From the NCBI GenBank assembly GCA_965248535.1, contig CBDFJR010000002.1, forward strand, positions 288,001 to 352,000: DNA of 64,000 nucleotides, in the 5' to 3' direction. Source of the stretch: Phormidesmis sp. Its GTDB lineage: Bacteria; Cyanobacteriota; Cyanobacteriia; Leptolyngbyales; Leptolyngbyaceae. This document shows, piece after piece, positions 61,854 through 64,000 of the stretch. Position 1 is the first letter of the stretch. Every line of letters starts with the position of its first letter. The position numbers and the translations under genes were made by a program. The notes below the pieces were generated by a model. That model was given only the letters and a program-made list of their open reading frames with translations, did no database searches and was not told the origin of the DNA.

Positions 61854-61925
61854 TGGGTTGCCCGGGATTCGAACCCGGGACCAGTCGGTTAAAAGCCGAA
61901 TGCTCTACCACTGAGCTAGCAACCC
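61854..61925 (-). tRNA. trnK: tRNA-Lys (anticodon UUU), CCA not encoded
   Basis: GGGTTGC/GCAACCC acceptor stem, AGCTCAGTGGTAGAGC D-arm, CTTTTAA anticodon loop, GGTTCGAATCC T-arm. Confidence 0.97.
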
Positions 61926-62048
61926 CCGTTTGCGCGTTTTTAACGTGCGTATGCAAATATAGCACAGATTCAGAGGAACTTGGCAACCCATTGAGAATCA
62001 TGGATTCAATCAAGCCAGAATCGACACTAGCCACGGCATCTCAGCCCA

Positions 62049-63002
62049 CTATTGCTCAAACGTCTCATAGGCTTCAACAATGCGTTGAACGAGATGATGT
62101 CTAACCACATCAGCTTTTGAGAGATTGCAGAACGCGATGCCATCTACCGATCGTAAGATTCGCTCTGCCATCGCCAGCCCAGAGGTTTGATGGTGGGGCA
62201 AATCAGTCTGCGTCAAATCGCCCGTCACGACCATTTTAGAGCGAAAGCCAATGCGCGTCAGCAGCATTTTCATTTGGGCGGGCGTGGTGTTTTGAGCCTC
62301 ATCCACAATCACAAAGGCATTGTTGAGGGTGCGACCGCGCATATAAGCGATCGGAGCCACTTCAATAATCCCTCGCTCCATTAAACTAGCGATTTTTTCT
62401 GGCTCTACAAACTCATAGAGCGCGTCGTAAAGCGGACGCAGATAGGGATTCACCTTTTGCTGCAAATCTCCGGGCAAAAAGCCTAACTTCTCGCCAGCCT
62501 CCACCGCCGGACGGGTAAGCACTAAGCGCTCATATTCATTAGACAGCAGCGCTTGAACGGCTAAAACGGCTGCTAGGTAAGTTTTCCCAGTCCCGGCGGG
62601 GCCGATGCCAAAGGTTAGGTCATGGGTGCGAACGGCTTGAATGTATTGCCGCTGTCGAAAGGTTTTAGCTCGAATCACATCGCCGCGCCGCGTCCGTGCC
62701 AAGATATCTTGCTGAAGCTCTTGTAGAGTGTCTTCTTGATGATCATCCAAAGCTTGACGCGCCGTGAGAATATCAACACTCGTGATCGGCTTACCCTGGC
62801 TCCAATAGTCTTCGAGCGCCTTGATCAGTTTTTGTCCTAGATTAATTTGCTGCTTAGTTCCAGAGATGATTAACTCTTGTCCTCGCATCACTAGCGTGGC
62901 TCCAGTTTGCTTGGATAGCGTCTTCAGGTTATTTTCCTGGGTTCCGGCTAGCGCGATCGCGCTTTCAACATTGGGCAATTCAACAGTTAAGGTTTCTACC
63001 AT
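62049..63002 (-). CDS. PhoH family protein
   Basis: GPAGTGKT, RPAVEAGEKLGFLPGD, YMRGRTL, DEAQN. Confidence 0.95.
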   Translation of the reverse strand: MVETLTVELPNVESAIALAGTQENNLKTLSKQTGATLVMRGQELIISGTKQQINLGQKLIKALEDYWSQGKPITSVDILTARQALDDHQEDTLQELQQDILARTRRGDVIRAKTFRQRQYIQAVRTHDLTFGIGPAGTGKTYLAAVLAVQALLSNEYERLVLTRPAVEAGEKLGFLPGDLQQKVNPYLRPLYDALYEFVEPEKIASLMERGIIEVAPIAYMRGRTLNNAFVIVDEAQNTTPAQMKMLLTRIGFRSKMVVTGDLTQTDLPHHQTSGLAMAERILRSVDGIAFCNLSKADVVRHHLVQRIVEAYETFEQ

Positions 63003-63187
63003 GCAGACCAGGGCTAGGGTTTAGAGTCGCGACGCTGAATCTTGATAAAAGCTGATCTAAAACTCAACATCTAAACGCTAAAGACACCTGAGCCTCTGTC
63101 TTTGCAGACTGATCAGGTGTCTCTTGAGCATCTATCTATTAGTGTAGCGAGAGTCAGGAAACACTGGCTCAAAACTGTAACCTTCGG

Positions 63188-63592
63188 TTACTCACTGGGT
63201 CGAGGTTTGGGCTTAGGCACCACTCGCGGTGCGCTTGACGGTCGAGGAGGCGCTTCTGAGCGACGCGGAGCAAATGACTCATCCGATCGCTCCTGATCAG
63301 ACCCTTCTTTTTGGGTGCCATAGACATCCAGCAGGGCCGTGTGTCCGGCAGCTTTTGCCACCCCTTCAAGGACACTGCGGATCGCCTGGATGTTGCGTCC
63401 ACCGCGGCCAAACACTCGCCCATTATCGGTTCCTTCAAAGGCTAGCCGCACCCAGACCCGCGATCGCGACGAAATCTCGCAGTCAACCTTGAGCGAGTCT
63501 GGGGTTTGTAAAAATGGCTGAACTAGAAATTGCACCAGACCTGCATAGTCTGGGACGGCGGTTGCGGGTTCTGGCATAGAAGCATCAGGCAC
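63188..63592 (-). CDS. KH-domain RNA-binding protein (KhpA-like)
   Basis: [15 protein letters not shown]; located in the rpsP-KH-phoH context. Confidence 0.9.
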   Translation of the reverse strand: MPDASMPEPATAVPDYAGLVQFLVQPFLQTPDSLKVDCEISSRSRVWVRLAFEGTDNGRVFGRGGRNIQAIRSVLEGVAKAAGHTALLDVYGTQKEGSDQERSDESFAPRRSEAPPRPSSAPRVVPKPKPRPSE

Positions 63593-63836
63593 GAACTTTT
63601 TGTTCTAAAACGCTGGCTTTGGTCAAAATATTGCGAACGGTTTCGGTCGGCTGGGCACCTTTTTGCAGCCAAGCCTCGATCGCAGGCACATCTAGCCGCG
63701 TTTCATCAGTGCGGGGATTGTAGAACCCGACTTCGGCGATCGGTCTACCATCGCGACGATCGCGACTATTAATGGCGACGATGCGGTAGCTGACTTCGCG
63801 CTTTTTGCCGTATCGCTTTAATCGCAGTTTGATCAT
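63585..63836 (-). CDS. rpsP: 30S ribosomal protein S16
   Basis: [29 protein letters not shown]. Confidence 0.98.
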   Translation of the reverse strand: MIKLRLKRYGKKREVSYRIVAINSRDRRDGRPIAEVGFYNPRTDETRLDVPAIEAWLQKGAQPTETVRNILTKASVLEQKVRA

Positions 63837-63940
63837 GCTAGAAAACTAAACTCCTGTTGGATTACAAAATCGTTCGATCATGGACTTATCATCCTATCAC
63901 AGCAAACGGACAGGATCATGGGGATGGAACCCGATCGGGC

Positions 63941-64000
63941 TTACAGTGTCCCAAATCCCTTCTTTTTCTTGTCTTTTTTCTTCTTCTTATTAGGATTGCC
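63941..64000 (-). CDS. ffh: 3' end of signal recognition particle protein Ffh (partial)
   Basis: GNPNKKKKKDKKKKGFGTL-stop, like cyanobacterial Ffh C-termini; ffh-rpsP synteny. Confidence 0.75.
   Translation of the reverse strand, partial: GNPNKKKKKDKKKKGFGTL

Noticed and set aside
61780..61925. Genomic island integrated at tRNA-Lys
   Set aside because: Followed directly by a terminator and aroC; no duplicated 3' end or integrase

Overview
A 64-kb, mostly core-chromosome window from a cyanobacterium, probably filamentous and Leptolyngbya/Phormidesmis-like. The basis is pervasive HIP1 GCGATCGC, photosynthesis genes (psbA, psb27, psaM, ccsB) and an intact hmpF/hmpA-E pilus-motility chemotaxis-like locus next to comA. 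It also holds a Zn/Mn ABC importer with a Zur-like box, crtW, a helical carotenoid protein, housekeeping genes (tilS, purQ, purA, speA, ndk, ilvE, rplY, aroC, rpsP, the 3' end of ffh) and tRNA-Lys(UUU). Accessory patches are small: an IS1 remnant, an SDR fragment beside an AT-rich PDZ-like gene, and a VapBC + DUF6888/DUF6887-like + orphan DNA methyltransferase cassette. No CRISPR array, prophage or integrase was seen. The best leads are: a knotless-phytochrome-derived kinase that has lost its bilin Cys, DIP motif and PHY tongue; a ~105-nt rod-like RNA hairpin after psaM; repeated hairpin-loop motifs in the hmpF leader; a membrane-anchored STAND-like NTPase with a possible amyloid-type N-terminus; a cytochrome b6 paralogue missing one heme ligand; and a D1 with unusual D-de loop changes. 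All family calls come from motifs recognised by eye; no database searches were run.
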